From contig NZ_KI912608.1 in assembly GCF_000519265.1 (NCBI RefSeq), positions 113,665 to 137,664 on the forward strand: DNA of 24,000 nt. The letters are read 5' to 3'. Position 1 is the stretch's first letter; each line of letters begins with the position of its first letter. A model generated the notes under the pieces. That model was not told the DNA's origin, made no database searches, and saw only the letters and a list, made by a program, of their open reading frames with translations. This stretch comes from Desulfonatronum lacustre DSM 10312. Lineage in GTDB: Bacteria; Desulfobacterota; Desulfovibrionia; Desulfovibrionales; Desulfonatronaceae. A program made the translations under genes and the position numbers. This document shows positions 13,774-24,000 of this stretch, one piece after another.

Positions 13774-15192
13774 ATGACCCAGATTATCACGCGATTTCCG
13801 CCCAGCCCCACCGGGCATCTCCATGTGGGCGGGGCCCGCACGGCTTTGTTCAACTGGCTTTGGGCGCGCAAGAACGGCGGGAAGTTCATTTTGCGGATCG
13901 AGGACACGGACGTGGCCAGATCCGCCGAAGAGATGACCCAGGGCATTCTGGACGGGATGCGCTGGTTGGGGCTGGATTGGGACGAAGGGCCGTACTTTCA
14001 GAGCCAACGGGTGGATTTGTACAACCAGCATATTGACCAGTTGTTGGAGGCCGGGCACGCTTATTTCTGTTCCTGTACTCCGGAAGAGGTGGAGGCCATG
14101 CGCGTCGCGGCCCGGGCCGTCGGGGCGGTGCCCAAGTACGACGGTCGGTGTCGGAATAAGGGATTGGAGGCCGGGCCGGGTCGGGTGGTCCGGTTCAAGA
14201 CGCCCACGGACGGGGAAACCCGGTTTCGGGACTTGGTCAAGGGGCCGGTGGCGGTGCCCAACACCCAGTTGGACGACATGGTCCTGCGTCGGGTTGACGG
14301 CATGCCGACCTACAACCTGGCCGTGGTGGTGGACGACGTGACCATGGGCATGACCCACATCATCCGCGGCGACGACCACTTAAGCAACACGCCCAAGCAG
14401 GTCCTGCTGTACGAAGCCCTGGGCCGTGACCTGCCGCTGTTCGCCCATGTGCCCATGATCCTGGGGCCGGACAAGAAAAAGCTGAGCAAACGCCACGGAG
14501 CCACGTCGGTGACGGCCTACCGGGACATGGGCTATCTGCCCGAGGCCATGGTCAACTACCTGGTCCGGCTGGGCTGGTCCCACGGGGATCAGGAAATTTT
14601 CAGCCTGGAAGAGCTGCTGGAGCACTTCAGCCTGGATCATCTGGGGTCCGCGGCCTGCGTCTTTGATCAGAGCAAGCTGCTCTGGCTGAACAACCACTAC
14701 ATCAAGAGCGAACCGGAGGACCGGGTGGCGGCTCTTTTGGCCGACCATCTGACCGACCATCTGGCAGGGCGCGGCCTGGATGGAGCGGACGAAGCGTATT
14801 TGCGCTCCATTGTTCCGTTGTTGCGGCCCCGGGCCGGGACCATGGTCGAAATGGCGGAAATGGCGGAATTTTTCGTGGTGGAGGACGAGGCCTTGCCCAT
14901 GGATCAGGCCGCTGTGAACAAGTTTTTGACGCCCGAGGCCAAGGAGCATTTCGGTCGATTGCGCGAGTTGTTGTCCGGGGCGTCGAGCTTCGGGCAACAG
15001 GAGTTGGAGGCGCTGTTCAAGAACTATCTAGAAGACCAGGGCGTGGCGTTCAAGGTTTTGGCTCAGCCCTTGCGGGTGGCGCTGACCGGAAAGACGAAAA
15101 GTCCGGGGATTTATGAAATTATGGAAGTCCTGGGGAAGGATCGCGTGCTTCGGAGATTGGCCAGGGCGGAGCAAGAGGGAGCTGGTTTGTAA
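13774..15192 (+). CDS. gltX: Glutamate--tRNA ligase
   Basis: AAGGAG SD. Class I signatures PSPTGHLHVGGARTA (HIGH) and KLSKR (KMSKS). 472 aa, the full-length GltX layout. Confidence 0.95.
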   Translation: MTQIITRFPPSPTGHLHVGGARTALFNWLWARKNGGKFILRIEDTDVARSAEEMTQGILDGMRWLGLDWDEGPYFQSQRVDLYNQHIDQLLEAGHAYFCSCTPEEVEAMRVAARAVGAVPKYDGRCRNKGLEAGPGRVVRFKTPTDGETRFRDLVKGPVAVPNTQLDDMVLRRVDGMPTYNLAVVVDDVTMGMTHIIRGDDHLSNTPKQVLLYEALGRDLPLFAHVPMILGPDKKKLSKRHGATSVTAYRDMGYLPEAMVNYLVRLGWSHGDQEIFSLEELLEHFSLDHLGSAACVFDQSKLLWLNNHYIKSEPEDRVAALLADHLTDHLAGRGLDGADEAYLRSIVPLLRPRAGTMVEMAEMAEFFVVEDEALPMDQAAVNKFLTPEAKEHFGRLRELLSGASSFGQQELEALFKNYLEDQGVAFKVLAQPLRVALTGKTKSPGIYEIMEVLGKDRVLRRLARAEQEGAGL

Positions 15193-15230
15193 TCAGGCCG
15201 CGGATGTGGCCTTGAAAAAACGCTACGCGA

Positions 15231-15265
15231 CGTAAAAGGGCGACCCTGAGGGTCGCCCTTTTACG
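15231..15265. terminator. Bidirectional intrinsic terminator between convergent gltX and rpmB
   Basis: Perfect 16-bp stem CGTAAAAGGGCGACCC / GGGTCGCCCTTTTACG with a 3-nt loop. A/T tracts within and beside the stem on both strands. Confidence 0.85.
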
Positions 15266-15286
15266 TCTTAGTGTTCGTCGATTAGA

Positions 15287-15502
15287 TTACGCTTCGGCTG
15301 CTTGCCGCGCAACGGGCTTGACCACTGCATCGGAACGGATGCACCGGGTGCAGACCTTCAGGCGACGGGTTTCGCCGCTGGGCATTTGCGTCCGGACCTG
15401 CTGCAGGTTGGGCATAAAACGCCGCTTGGTTTTGTTGTTGGCGTGGCTGACACTGTTTCCGGTGTGGGGACGTTTCCCGCAGATGTCGCATACTTGGGAC
15501 AT
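15287..15502 (-). CDS. rpmB: 50S ribosomal protein L28
   Basis: ATG 15502 with [42 protein letters not shown] is the canonical L28 N-terminus. Confidence 0.95.
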   Translation of the reverse strand: MSQVCDICGKRPHTGNSVSHANNKTKRRFMPNLQQVRTQMPSGETRRLKVCTRCIRSDAVVKPVARQAAEA

Positions 15503-15809
15503 ATTCGTACTCCTCAAAAGGTTGACATGTGCTCGTCTCCATGTGCTCGGTGCGGAGCTGAAGCGCATGATGGACGTTGAATCGAAGGAAGGGCGACATG
15601 CGGCGCCGCGGCTTCCGTTCCTGTCGCTCTTCTCTTATTTGAATGGGGCGCTCGGTGGCTCCCTTGCTGTGTGCAGGGGAGCATGCCGCGGACGCTGCGC
15701 ATTCGCGAAAACGGAATCGAACGTATTAGCCGGACTTGGTTTCTTTGGCAAGAGATTTCTTGACATGCGGACCAGGGAAGAGATACGAAGCCCCTTTTGG
15801 GAGAGAGAG

Positions 15810-16340
15810 ATGATTGAACTGCTTGTCGAGACCACGAATCTCCCGGTCGACGGCCGGGAGTTTTCTTTTGATGAACAGCGCATTTGGGCCGACCCCATCG
15901 CGGAGTTTCATCTGCCGTATCGGATTGCCGAACCGTTTTCAGCGGTGATCCGCGTCGTCCCGCACGCTGACGGTTGCACGGTGGAAGGAACACTGCGCGG
16001 TTCGCTGGTTCTGTCTTGTGATCGATGCGTCGAGGAATTCACCTATCCCGTGACGGCCGAGTTTCACGAATTCGAGGCCTATCCCGGCGGCGTCTCCCGG
16101 AGCGATGCCCCAAACGACGTTTGGTGGGTGGTGGCCAAGGATGGCCTGCACTACCTGGACGTGGCCGGATTCCTTTGGGAGCAGTTCCAGTTGGCCCTGC
16201 CGGAGAAGCCGTTGTGTACGGTTTTGTGTCGCGGGATCTGCGCCGAATGCGGGGCGAACAGGAATCTCGACGAATGTCGGTGCGCCGCCTCTGGGAGCGA
16301 CCCTCGCCTTGCCGCGTTTCGCTCCATGAAACTTTCGTAA
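15810..16340 (+). CDS. yceD: YceD/DUF177 family protein (large ribosomal subunit accumulation protein)
   Basis: ATG 15810 after a GGGAGAGAGAGA purine tract. CxxC pairs (LSCDRCVEEF, CRGICAECGANRN..CRC) and the position directly upstream of rpmF-plsX are typical of DUF177. Confidence 0.85.
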   Translation: MIELLVETTNLPVDGREFSFDEQRIWADPIAEFHLPYRIAEPFSAVIRVVPHADGCTVEGTLRGSLVLSCDRCVEEFTYPVTAEFHEFEAYPGGVSRSDAPNDVWWVVAKDGLHYLDVAGFLWEQFQLALPEKPLCTVLCRGICAECGANRNLDECRCAASGSDPRLAAFRSMKLS

Positions 16341-16391
16341 ACCCTTAGTTCATAAACCATAACCCCCTAATTCATTTCAAGGATACCCTCC

Positions 16392-16583
16392 ATGGCACTT
16401 CCCAAGAAGAAAACTTCTCGTTCCAAGCGCGGCATGCGTCGGTCCCACGACGTCGTCGCCATCCCCAATCCCATTTACTGCGAGTGCGGCGAGTTGGCGC
16501 TGTCCCATCGGATTTGTTCCGCTTGCGGCTCCTATAAGGGTGTGAAACGTATCGCCGTCCAAGAGCCGGATGCCGCAAAATAA
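16392..16583 (+). CDS. rpmF: 50S ribosomal protein L32
   Basis: [21 protein letters not shown]-terminus and a zinc-ribbon CxC...CxxC. AAGGA SD. Confidence 0.95.
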   Translation: MALPKKKTSRSKRGMRRSHDVVAIPNPIYCECGELALSHRICSACGSYKGVKRIAVQEPDAAK

Positions 16584-17778
16584 GCCCTGCATCGCCGTGG
16601 ACGCCATGGGGGGCGATTTCGGTCCCTCGGTCGTGATCCGCGGTGCGCTGGACGCGCTGCGTACGCAAGACATCCGGGTGATCCTGGTGGGTCGTGAGCC
16701 GGATATCCGCGCGGAACTGGCCGCCGCGAAGGCGACGGACGCCGACGTGGAGGTGGTGCACGCCGAGCAGGTCATCGAGATGCAGGACAAGCCTTCGGAC
16801 GCCCTGCGCCGCAAAAAAAACAGCTCGGTGCAGGTCGCTTTCCGGCTGGTCAAGGAAGGTCGGGCCGACGGGGTGGTCAGCGCTGGAAATTCCGGAGCGA
16901 CCTTGGCTTGCGGCATGTTCATTCTGGGCAGGATCGACGGCATTGATCGACCGGCCCTGGCCGGAATCCTGCCCACGGAAAAAAAGCCCATGGTGCTCAT
17001 CGACGTGGGTGCCAACGTGGACTGCAAGCCGCACAACCTCTTGCAGTTCGCCTTGATGGCCGATGTTCTGGCCAGGTCCGTGCTGGGGGTGCCCAAGCCG
17101 CGGGTCGGCCTGATGAGCATCGGCGAGGAAGAGGGCAAGGGCAATTCCCAGGTCAAGCTGGCCTTTGATCTGCTGCGCAAATCCTCCCTGAACTTCAAGG
17201 GCAACGTCGAGGGCCGGGACGTGTTCACCGGAGACGTGGACGTGGTGGTCTGCGACGGGTTCGTGGGCAACGTGGTCTTGAAGTTGAGCGAAGGCTTGGC
17301 CGTTTCTCTTGGCCGGTTGCTGAAGCGGGAACTCATGGCCGGTTTTTGGTCCAAATGCGGGTGTCTGTTCGCCAAGGGGGCCTTGCGGCGTTTTTCCCGG
17401 CGCATCGACTACGCCGAATATGGCGGGGCTCCCCTGCTGGGTCTGAAGGGCATCGGCATCGTCTGTCACGGCGCTTCCAACCCCAAGGCCTTGAGCAGCG
17501 CGATCCACATGGCCGCGACCTTCGTGCGGAATCGTTCCAACGACCATCTGTCGGAAGAACTGGCCGCGAATCGGGATATCGTTCAGCTCAGTCGGGCTGG
17601 TACAACCTTGTCGTCGAGCAACGGGCAGGGCCTTTTGAGCCGAGTGCCTGAGAAGTCCTTGGAGAAGACCTCGGAGCAGACCCCAGAACAGCCGTCGGGA
17701 CAGCCGTCGGCCGAAGGTTTTACGGTGCGCCAAGGCTCGGAGCACGAGTTCAGGCAAGCTCCCGGCGTGGTCAATTGA
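16570..17778 (+). CDS. plsX: Phosphate acyltransferase PlsX with a roughly 60-aa low-complexity C-terminal extension
   Basis: [13 protein letters not shown]-terminus, [19 protein letters not shown]. blocks. Overlaps the rpmF end by 14 nt. The Ser/Glu/Pro/Gln-rich tail starts at about nt 17580. Confidence 0.95.
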   Translation: MPQNKPCIAVDAMGGDFGPSVVIRGALDALRTQDIRVILVGREPDIRAELAAAKATDADVEVVHAEQVIEMQDKPSDALRRKKNSSVQVAFRLVKEGRADGVVSAGNSGATLACGMFILGRIDGIDRPALAGILPTEKKPMVLIDVGANVDCKPHNLLQFALMADVLARSVLGVPKPRVGLMSIGEEEGKGNSQVKLAFDLLRKSSLNFKGNVEGRDVFTGDVDVVVCDGFVGNVVLKLSEGLAVSLGRLLKRELMAGFWSKCGCLFAKGALRRFSRRIDYAEYGGAPLLGLKGIGIVCHGASNPKALSSAIHMAATFVRNRSNDHLSEELAANRDIVQLSRAGTTLSSSNGQGLLSRVPEKSLEKTSEQTPEQPSGQPSAEGFTVRQGSEHEFRQAPGVVN

Positions 17779-17878
17779 AGGCCTTTGTAGATCCTTCCGG
17801 ACGGTTTCAGCCCGTGATCATTTTTTCCGTGTCTTCTTACCTCTCACTTTTTTCGCGCATCAGCGCGCGGTCGTGACT

Positions 17879-18862
17879 ATGTCGGCACATATTATCGGAA
17901 CTGGGGCCTTTGTTCCTGAACGGGTCGTGACCAACATCGACCTGCAAGGGTTGGTGGACACCAACGATGAATGGATCGTCAGCCGGACGGGAATCAAGGA
18001 GCGACGGATCGCCGAGCCCGGACAATCCTGTTCCATGCTGGGCGTCGAAGCCGCCAAGCGGGCTCTGGAGGACGCCAAGATTTCCGCGCGGGACGTGACC
18101 CACGTCCTGGTGGCCACCTTTTCTCCGGACGCCTACATTCCCTCCACGGCGTACATCCTGCGTGAAAAGCTGGGCATTCCCCGGGGCATGGCCATGGACG
18201 TATCGGCGGCCTGCACCGGTTTTCTGTTCGCCTTGGAGACCGCGCGGGCCTTTGTCGCCCTACACCCCGAAGCCGTGGTCCTCGTGGTCGGCAGCGAAGT
18301 GGTTTCTTCCCGACTGAACTGGGAGGATCGCGGAACCTGCGTCCTGTTCGGCGACGGAGCCGGGGCGGCGGTGGTCACGGGCAAGCCTTCCCCGGGCAGC
18401 GCGGAGGTGCTGGACGTGCTCTTGGACGGCGATGGGTCGCTTAGTGATCTGTTGGTGGTTCGCGGCGGAGGGTCGGCGACCCCGATGAAGCTCGGCCAGA
18501 CCGTTTCCGAGGATTTTTTCGTTCAGATGCAGGGCCGGGAGATCTTCAAGCACGCCGTGCGTTCCATGGCCGCCATCTGTCAACGGATACTGGAAAAAAA
18601 CGGACTGACCCCTTCGGACATCGACCTGGTCGTTCCGCACCAGGCCAACATCCGGATCATCGAGTCCCTGGCCGGTCGACTGGACGTTCCCATGGACAAG
18701 GTGTTCGTGAACATCGAAAAATACGGCAACACCTCGGCGGCCTCCATTCCCCTCGCCCTGGCCGAAGCCCGGGAAAAGGCATTGATTCCCCCGGGAAGCA
18801 AAGTTATGTTGACGGCCTTCGGCGGCGGACTGAACTGGGCCGCGGCATTGTTGCAATACTGA
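17879..18862 (+). CDS. fabH: 3-oxoacyl-ACP synthase III
   Basis: Active-site AACTGF, HQANIRI, GNTSAASIP. The start could be ATG 17879 or GTG 17873. Confidence 0.95.
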   Translation: MSAHIIGTGAFVPERVVTNIDLQGLVDTNDEWIVSRTGIKERRIAEPGQSCSMLGVEAAKRALEDAKISARDVTHVLVATFSPDAYIPSTAYILREKLGIPRGMAMDVSAACTGFLFALETARAFVALHPEAVVLVVGSEVVSSRLNWEDRGTCVLFGDGAGAAVVTGKPSPGSAEVLDVLLDGDGSLSDLLVVRGGGSATPMKLGQTVSEDFFVQMQGREIFKHAVRSMAAICQRILEKNGLTPSDIDLVVPHQANIRIIESLAGRLDVPMDKVFVNIEKYGNTSAASIPLALAEAREKALIPPGSKVMLTAFGGGLNWAAALLQY

Positions 18863-18892
18863 TTCGAATATCAAGACGACGGGACTGACGAC

Positions 18893-19636
18893 ATGAGCGA
18901 ATTGATCAAGACCGCCCTGGTCACCGGGGCCTCCAGGGGGATTGGCCGGTCCGCGGCTTTGCGGCTGGCCCAGGACGGATATCAGGTCTACCTGACCTAT
19001 GTCAGCAAGCCGGAATTGGCCGAGGCCGTCCAGGGGGCCATCGAATCCCACGGCGGCAAGGCCGAGGCGTTTCGGTTGGACGTGGGGGATGCTCAGGCGG
19101 TTTCCGCTTTTTTTCAGGAGCACGTCAAGGACAAGGTTCGCCTGGAAGTACTGGTGAACAACGCCGGGATGACCAAGGACAACCTGATCATTCGGATGAA
19201 ACCGGCGGATTGGGAAGCGGTTCTGCGCGTCAACCTGACCGGAAGCTTCGTCTGCCTCCAGGAGGCGGCCAAACTCATGATTCGCCAGCGCTATGGACGG
19301 ATCATCAACATCTCTTCGGTGGTCGGCCAGATGGGCAACGCCGGGCAGGCCAACTACGCTGCGTCCAAGGCCGGCCTGATCGGGCTGACCAAGTCCGCGG
19401 CCCAGGAGTTGGCCTCGCGGGGGATCACGGTCAATGCCGTTGCTCCCGGGTTCATCGATACGGACATGACCTCGGGCCTGTCCGAAGAGATACAAAACGT
19501 CTACATGGAACGGATTCCCATGCGCCGCTTCGGCCAAGCCGAGGAGATTGCCGACACCGTTGCTTTTTTGGCGTCCGAGAGCGCCGGGTACATCACCGGA
19601 CAGGTGATCGGCGTGACGGGCGGCATGTACATGTAG
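18893..19636 (+). CDS. fabG: 3-oxoacyl-ACP reductase
   Basis: SDR motifs [19 protein letters not shown]. 247 aa. Position between fabH and acpP. Confidence 0.95.
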   Translation: MSELIKTALVTGASRGIGRSAALRLAQDGYQVYLTYVSKPELAEAVQGAIESHGGKAEAFRLDVGDAQAVSAFFQEHVKDKVRLEVLVNNAGMTKDNLIIRMKPADWEAVLRVNLTGSFVCLQEAAKLMIRQRYGRIINISSVVGQMGNAGQANYAASKAGLIGLTKSAAQELASRGITVNAVAPGFIDTDMTSGLSEEIQNVYMERIPMRRFGQAEEIADTVAFLASESAGYITGQVIGVTGGMYM

Positions 19637-19727
19637 AGGACGACGTTCGTCATGGACTGTATTCCGCGGTACGGTGCGGAAGAAGCAAACAAACCACTTA
19701 CTTTTTTCAGATGAGAGGAGAACAATT

Positions 19728-19961
19728 ATGTCAATGGAAGAAAAGGTCAAAAAAATCATCGTCGATCAGCTCGGCGTTTCCGCCGATCAAGTGACTCCGG
19801 ACGCAGCCTTTGTCGACGACCTGGGCGCGGACTCTCTGGACCTGACGGAACTGATCATGGCCATGGAAGAGGAGTTCGGCGTTGAAATCGATGATGAAGA
19901 CGCTCAGAAAATGACCAAGGTCAAGGACGCGTTGGCCTACATTCAGTCCAAGGTGGCCTGA
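19728..19961 (+). CDS. acpP: Acyl carrier protein
   Basis: ATG 19728 with GAGAGGAG SD. Phosphopantetheine attachment site [11 protein letters not shown]. Confidence 0.95.
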   Translation: MSMEEKVKKIIVDQLGVSADQVTPDAAFVDDLGADSLDLTELIMAMEEEFGVEIDDEDAQKMTKVKDALAYIQSKVA

Positions 19962-19992
19962 TCCGGTTCTCCGAGGCAGCCTGCAGATGTTT

Positions 19993-20042
19993 CGGGCGTC
20001 TTGTGATCCGCTTCGGCACGATCACGGGGCGCTCGTTTTTTT
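19993..20042 (+). terminator. Intrinsic terminator/attenuator between acpP and fabF
   Basis: Long interrupted hairpin: CGGGCGTC.. pairs with ..GGCGCTCG using G-U wobbles, inner GTGATC/GATCAC stem capped by GC-TTCG-GC. Followed by T7 (20036-20042). Confidence 0.55.
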
Positions 20043-20072
20043 CCCGTCAGCCGGACAAATCAAGGTGGAAGC

Positions 20073-21317
20073 ATGTCCAGAAAGAGAGTAGTCGTCACCG
20101 GTCTTTCGGCGGTCACGCCCTTGGGCGTGGACGCACGGACCAGTTGGGAAAGGTTGATCAAAGGGGAGTCGGGTATCGCCCCGTTGACCCGCTTCGACGC
20201 CACGGATCACGCAACCAAGATCGCCGGGGAGGTCAAAGGGTTTGAGCCGGAGAAATACATGCCGGTCAAACAGACCCGCCGGATGGAACTGTTTGCGCAG
20301 TTCGCCGTGGCCGCCGCCAAGATGCTCCTGGAGGACGCCGACTGGACCATCCCCGAGGACCGGGCCCACCGCACCGCAGCGATCATCGGATGCGGCATCG
20401 GCGGGCTGGACGCCCTGGAGCGCTCCCAGACCACCATGCTCAAAAGCGGGCCGCGGAAAATTTCTCCGTTCTTCATTCCGTCCCTGATAGCCAACATGGC
20501 TGCCGGGCAGGTGTCCATTTTTACCGGGGCCAAAGGCAACAATCTGGTCACCACTTCGGCCTGCGCCTCGGGGCTGCATTCCATCGGCACGGCCTTTTCC
20601 GAACTGCTGCTGGGTCGGGCGGACGCTGCCATCTGCGGCGGGACCGAAGCCTGCCTGACGCCCTTGGCCATGGCCGGGTTCAACGCCCTCAAGGCCCTGT
20701 CCACCCGCAACGACGAACCGCAACTGGCTTCGAGGCCTTTTGAAAACAATCGCGACGGATTCGTCATGGGCGAGGGCTGCGGCCTGCTGCTCCTGGAAAC
20801 CCTGGAACACGCCCAGGCCCGTGGGGCGAAAATTCTGGCCGAGGTGGTGGGTTACGGCGCTTCGGGCGACGCCTTTCATATCACCGCCCCGGACGAGGAC
20901 GGCTCCGGCATGTCCCTGGCCATGCGGGCCGCCCTGGACGAAGCCGGGATCGCTCCGGAGGAAGTGGACCACATCAACGCCCACGGCACCTCCACCAAGC
21001 TCAACGACATCACCGAGACCCGGGCCATCAAGAAGGTTTTCGGCAAGCATGCGGCTTCCATCGCCATCACCGGCAACAAGTCCATGATCGGCCATCTGCT
21101 TGGCGCCGCCGGCGGGGTGGAGAGCGTTTTTTCGGTCCTGACTCTGCGCCACGGCATGATTCCCGGGACCATCAACATGGTCGAGCCGGATCCCGAATGC
21201 GATCTGGACTACGTCTCCGACGGCTCCAGAAAGGCCGACATTCGATACGTACTCTGCAATTCCTTCGGTTTCGGCGGGACCAACGCCACTATTCTGTACA
21301 AGCGCTGGGACGGTTAG
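20073..21317 (+). CDS. fabF: 3-oxoacyl-ACP synthase II
   Basis: Active-site SACASG, HGTST, GHLLGAAG, FGFGGTNA. 414 aa. Confidence 0.95.
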   Translation: MSRKRVVVTGLSAVTPLGVDARTSWERLIKGESGIAPLTRFDATDHATKIAGEVKGFEPEKYMPVKQTRRMELFAQFAVAAAKMLLEDADWTIPEDRAHRTAAIIGCGIGGLDALERSQTTMLKSGPRKISPFFIPSLIANMAAGQVSIFTGAKGNNLVTTSACASGLHSIGTAFSELLLGRADAAICGGTEACLTPLAMAGFNALKALSTRNDEPQLASRPFENNRDGFVMGEGCGLLLLETLEHAQARGAKILAEVVGYGASGDAFHITAPDEDGSGMSLAMRAALDEAGIAPEEVDHINAHGTSTKLNDITETRAIKKVFGKHAASIAITGNKSMIGHLLGAAGGVESVFSVLTLRHGMIPGTINMVEPDPECDLDYVSDGSRKADIRYVLCNSFGFGGTNATILYKRWDG

Positions 21318-21324
21318 TTGAAGC

Positions 21325-21361
21325 GGCGGGTGGGCGGATTCGATTCGCATTCCCACCCGCC
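21325..21361 (+). other. Stem-loop between fabF and glyA with no U-tract
   Basis: Perfect 10-bp stem GGCGGGTGGG / CCCACCCGCC and a 17-nt loop containing the GATTCGATTCG repeat. Followed by a C-rich, not T-rich, tract. Confidence 0.3.
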
Positions 21362-21441
21362 CCCCCTTCGTTCGCGCATCCTCCCGGCTTTCCGTGAAGT
21401 CTGGAGGACGCCATCGTCAATTCAATCCTCGGAGAACTGCC

Positions 21442-22686
21442 ATGAACCTTGACGAACTTCGCCGCCACGACCCGGAAATCGCCGAAGCTGTGCGCCTGGA
21501 AGAACTGCGGCAACTGCACAAGCTGGAACTGATCGCCTCGGAAAATTTCACCTCGCCGGCCGTGCGCATGACCATGGGCAGCGTGCTGACCCACAAGTAC
21601 GCCGAGGGGTATCCGGGCAAGCGCTATTACGGCGGCTGCGAATACGTGGACATGGCCGAGACGCTGGCTCAGGAGCGGGCCAAGCAACTGTTCAAGGTTG
21701 AATACGCCAACGTCCAACCCCATTCCGGCTCTCAGGCCAACATGGCGGTTTATTTCGGGGCGTTGCAGCCCGGGGACGTGATCCTGGGCATGGACCTGTC
21801 CCATGGCGGGCACCTGACCCACGGCAGCCCGGTGAATTTTTCCGGCAAGTTGTACAAGGTGGTTTTTTATGGCGTCAGCAAGGAAACCGGGACCATTGAT
21901 TACGACCAAGTCCGGACCATGGCTCGGGAGCACCGACCCAAGGTTATCGTGGCCGGGGCCAGCGCCTATTCCCGGGTGATCGATTTTCCAAAATTCCGGG
22001 AAATCGCCGACGAGGTTGGAGCCAAGTTGATGGTGGACATGGCGCATATCGCCGGACTGATCGCCGCGGACCTGCATCCTTCGCCCGTGGGCAGTGCTCA
22101 CTTCATCACCACAACAACGCACAAGACATTGCGCGGACCGCGCGGCGGGATGATCCTGTCCACGGACGAGTTCGGCAAGCTTTTGAACTCCCAAATTTTT
22201 CCCGGAATTCAGGGCGGCCCGTTGATGCACGTGATCGCCTCCAAGGCCGTGGCCTTCGGCGAAGCCCTGCGCCCCGAGTTCGCCACGTACCAGCAACAGG
22301 TGATCAAGAACGCCCAGGCCATGGCCAAGGCTCTGACCGACGCCGGATTCGCCCTGGTTTCCGGGGGGACGGACAACCACCTGATGCTCATGGACCTGAC
22401 CAACAAGGACATCACGGGCAAGGATGCCGAGATCGCCCTGGACAAGGCCGGGATTACGGTGAACAAGAATACGGTTCCGTTCGAGACCCGCTCTCCGTTC
22501 GTGACCTCCGGAATTCGCCTGGGCACCCCGGCCTTGACCACGCGGGGCATGACCGAAGAGCACATGGTCCGCGTCGTGGAGTGGATCGTGAAGGCCCTGG
22601 ATCAGCGCGACAACGACACTGAACTGCAGCGGATCGAGGTCGAGGTGCAGACCTTCGCGTCTCAGTTTCCGTTGTTCGCTGGGTAA
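21442..22686 (+). CDS. glyA: Serine hydroxymethyltransferase
   Basis: ATG 21442 with GGAGA SD. PLP-lysine block [34 protein letters not shown]. Confidence 0.95.
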   Translation: MNLDELRRHDPEIAEAVRLEELRQLHKLELIASENFTSPAVRMTMGSVLTHKYAEGYPGKRYYGGCEYVDMAETLAQERAKQLFKVEYANVQPHSGSQANMAVYFGALQPGDVILGMDLSHGGHLTHGSPVNFSGKLYKVVFYGVSKETGTIDYDQVRTMAREHRPKVIVAGASAYSRVIDFPKFREIADEVGAKLMVDMAHIAGLIAADLHPSPVGSAHFITTTTHKTLRGPRGGMILSTDEFGKLLNSQIFPGIQGGPLMHVIASKAVAFGEALRPEFATYQQQVIKNAQAMAKALTDAGFALVSGGTDNHLMLMDLTNKDITGKDAEIALDKAGITVNKNTVPFETRSPFVTSGIRLGTPALTTRGMTEEHMVRVVEWIVKALDQRDNDTELQRIEVEVQTFASQFPLFAG

Positions 22687-22757
22687 ATCGGTAGTTGATC
22701 CATTTTTTTTCGGATATTGTCTTTAATCTTGAAGATATTCAAGGAAAACACCGTCTG

Positions 22758-23204
22758 ATGCGACTGCCGTGGCCGGAATACTTCATGGGTATCGCCAAAC
22801 TGGTGGCCGAACGATCCACCTGTCTGCGGCGCAAGGTCGGGGCGTTGGCCGTGCAGGGCAAGCGGATCCTGGCTACGGGATACAACGGCGCTCCGGCCGG
22901 GCTGGAACACTGCCTGGATATCGGCTGTTTGCGGGAACAGATGGGGATTCCCTCTGGCCAGCGGCATGAGCTGTGCCGGGGCCTGCACGCCGAGCAGAAC
23001 GTAATTATCCAGGCCGCCACCCACGGGGTTCGGCTGGAGGGCGCGCAGATTTACTGCACCACCCAACCGTGTCTGATCTGCACCAAAATGTTGATCAACT
23101 GCGGCGTTGAGGCGATCTTCTTCGAACAGGGGTACCCCGACGATTTGGCCGTGAACATGCTGCGTGAGGCAGGAGTGCGCTTTGAACAGCTTTGTTCTCC
23201 CTGA
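22758..23204 (+). CDS. Deoxycytidylate (dCMP) deaminase / ComEB-like cytidine-deoxycytidylate deaminase
   Basis: Zinc-binding motifs HAEQN and [11 protein letters not shown]-terminus [15 protein letters not shown] typical of dCMP deaminases. ATG 22758 chosen over the upstream start of the track ORF. Confidence 0.85.
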   Translation: MRLPWPEYFMGIAKLVAERSTCLRRKVGALAVQGKRILATGYNGAPAGLEHCLDIGCLREQMGIPSGQRHELCRGLHAEQNVIIQAATHGVRLEGAQIYCTTQPCLICTKMLINCGVEAIFFEQGYPDDLAVNMLREAGVRFEQLCSP

Positions 23205-24000
23205 CGATGCCGAGAAAATCATGCTCCAGGCCGCGGCCCTGGCCGAGCGGGGCAAGGGCCGGACCGCGCCCAATCCGTGTGTCGGCGCGGTGCTGACCCA
23301 AGACGGCCGGATCGTGGCCCAGGGGTATCATCGCGGACCGGGGCTGCCCCATGCCGAGGTGGACGTCTTGCAAGACGCCGCGCGGCAAGGGATCAATCCT
23401 CAAGCGTGCATCCTGTGGGTGACCTTGGAACCCTGCAATCATACCGGGCGTACTCCTCCCTGCACCCAGGCCATTCTTCAAGCCGGTATTAGGCGGGTCG
23501 TGGTGGGTACGGCGGACCCCAATCCAAGGGTGATCGGGGGCGGCATCGATTCTTTGCGGGACAACGGAGTCCAGGTGGTCGTCGGCGTGGCTGAGCAGGC
23601 TTGTCGGGACCTGATCGCGGACTTCCGGACCTGGATCGACTCACCACTTCCCTACCTGTATCTCAAGCTGGCCTGCACCCTGGACGGTCGGATCGCCACT
23701 CGTTCCGGAGATTCTCAGTGGATCAGCAACGCCCGGTCCCGGGAAAAAGTCCACGCTCTGCGGGAACGGGTCGGAGCCGTGATGGTCGGGGCGGGCACGT
23801 TCCGGGCGGATGACCCCCGGCTGACCTGTCGGCTCTCCGAAGCTGATCGACCGCCGAACCGACCGCCTGACCGTCCGTCGGACCAACTGGCGGACCCGCG
23901 GACCCAACCCCTGGCCATCGTAGTGGGCTCCAATCTGCCAAACACGACAAACTTTTTTCTGTTGCGCGAGCGCCCTGGGGAAACCATTTTCTGGACCACC
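23182..24000 (+). CDS. ribD: Bifunctional riboflavin biosynthesis protein RibD (deaminase/reductase), 3' end cut by window edge
   Basis: Not in the track because there is no stop before the window end. My translation gives ..[20 protein letters not shown].., [23 protein letters not shown], then the reductase domain [16 protein letters not shown] 23182 (AGGAG 6 nt upstream, overlapping the deaminase gene end) or ATG 23221. Confidence 0.85.
   Translation, partial: MNSFVLPDDAEKIMLQAAALAERGKGRTAPNPCVGAVLTQDGRIVAQGYHRGPGLPHAEVDVLQDAARQGINPQACILWVTLEPCNHTGRTPPCTQAILQAGIRRVVVGTADPNPRVIGGGIDSLRDNGVQVVVGVAEQACRDLIADFRTWIDSPLPYLYLKLACTLDGRIATRSGDSQWISNARSREKVHALRERVGAVMVGAGTFRADDPRLTCRLSEADRPPNRPPDRPSDQLADPRTQPLAIVVGSNLPNTTNFFLLRERPGETIFWTT

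Noticed and set aside
15526-15549. Direct repeat CATGTGCTCG x2 (15526-15535, 15540-15549) upstream of rpmB
   Set aside because: The 10-bp repeat is real. It lies in the rpmB leader/promoter region, I recognise no matching regulator motif, and I cannot distinguish function from chance.
15318-15809. 164-codon N-terminal extension of the yceD ORF
   Set aside because: It runs antisense through rpmB and the rpmB promoter region. DUF177 proteins start near MIELLVETTNLPVDGREF, and a purine-rich SD precedes ATG 15810.
17779-18892. Absence of fabD between fabH and fabG in the plsX-fab cluster
   Set aside because: Gene order differs from the E. coli paradigm, but a fabD located elsewhere is common. 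Nothing in the sequence suggests a deletion scar or pseudogene.
23830-23900. Pro/Arg/Asp-rich insertion with CGACCGCC direct repeats in the ribD reductase domain ([16 protein letters not shown])
   Set aside because: It is a short in-frame low-complexity loop, plausibly a surface insertion. The gene is truncated by the window edge, so it cannot be evaluated further.

Overview
High-GC bacterial chromosome segment whose gene content resembles a Desulfovibrionales-type sulfate reducer (inference only). Most of the window is housekeeping. On the plus strand: livF (5'-truncated), a PaaK-like ligase, a GH57 glucanotransferase-like gene, sfsA, a cupin gene and deaD; then nfu, gltX, yceD-rpmF-plsX-fabH-fabG-acpP-fabF, glyA, a dCMP deaminase gene and ribD (3'-truncated). 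rpmB lies on the minus strand. Between deaD and nfu is a minus-strand accessory block (7481-13297): arsR-hgcA-hgcB (the corrinoid protein plus ferredoxin pair for mercury methylation), an ATP-grasp ligase translationally coupled to an 80-aa Cys-rich protein, a FemAB-family transferase and a PflX-like radical SAM enzyme. Points worth a second look: (1) a 36-codon leader ORF that overlaps the arsR stop (ATGA), ends in Cys-TGA, is in frame with hgcA and is followed 10-11 nt later by a SECIS-like hairpin; (2) an 8-4-8 palindrome overlapping the predicted arsR promoter -10; (3) a 192-bp MITE-like element with 16-bp terminal inverted repeats and an 8-bp target-site duplication, inserted 33 bp upstream of the GH57 start and carrying a palindromic hexanucleotide microsatellite; (4) two tiny ATGA-coupled plus-strand ORFs ahead of a 21-bp-stem terminator; (5) a PaaK-like protein lacking the canonical P-loop. 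I saw no rRNA, tRNA or CRISPR array. The many long antisense ORFs in the track are high-GC artefacts.
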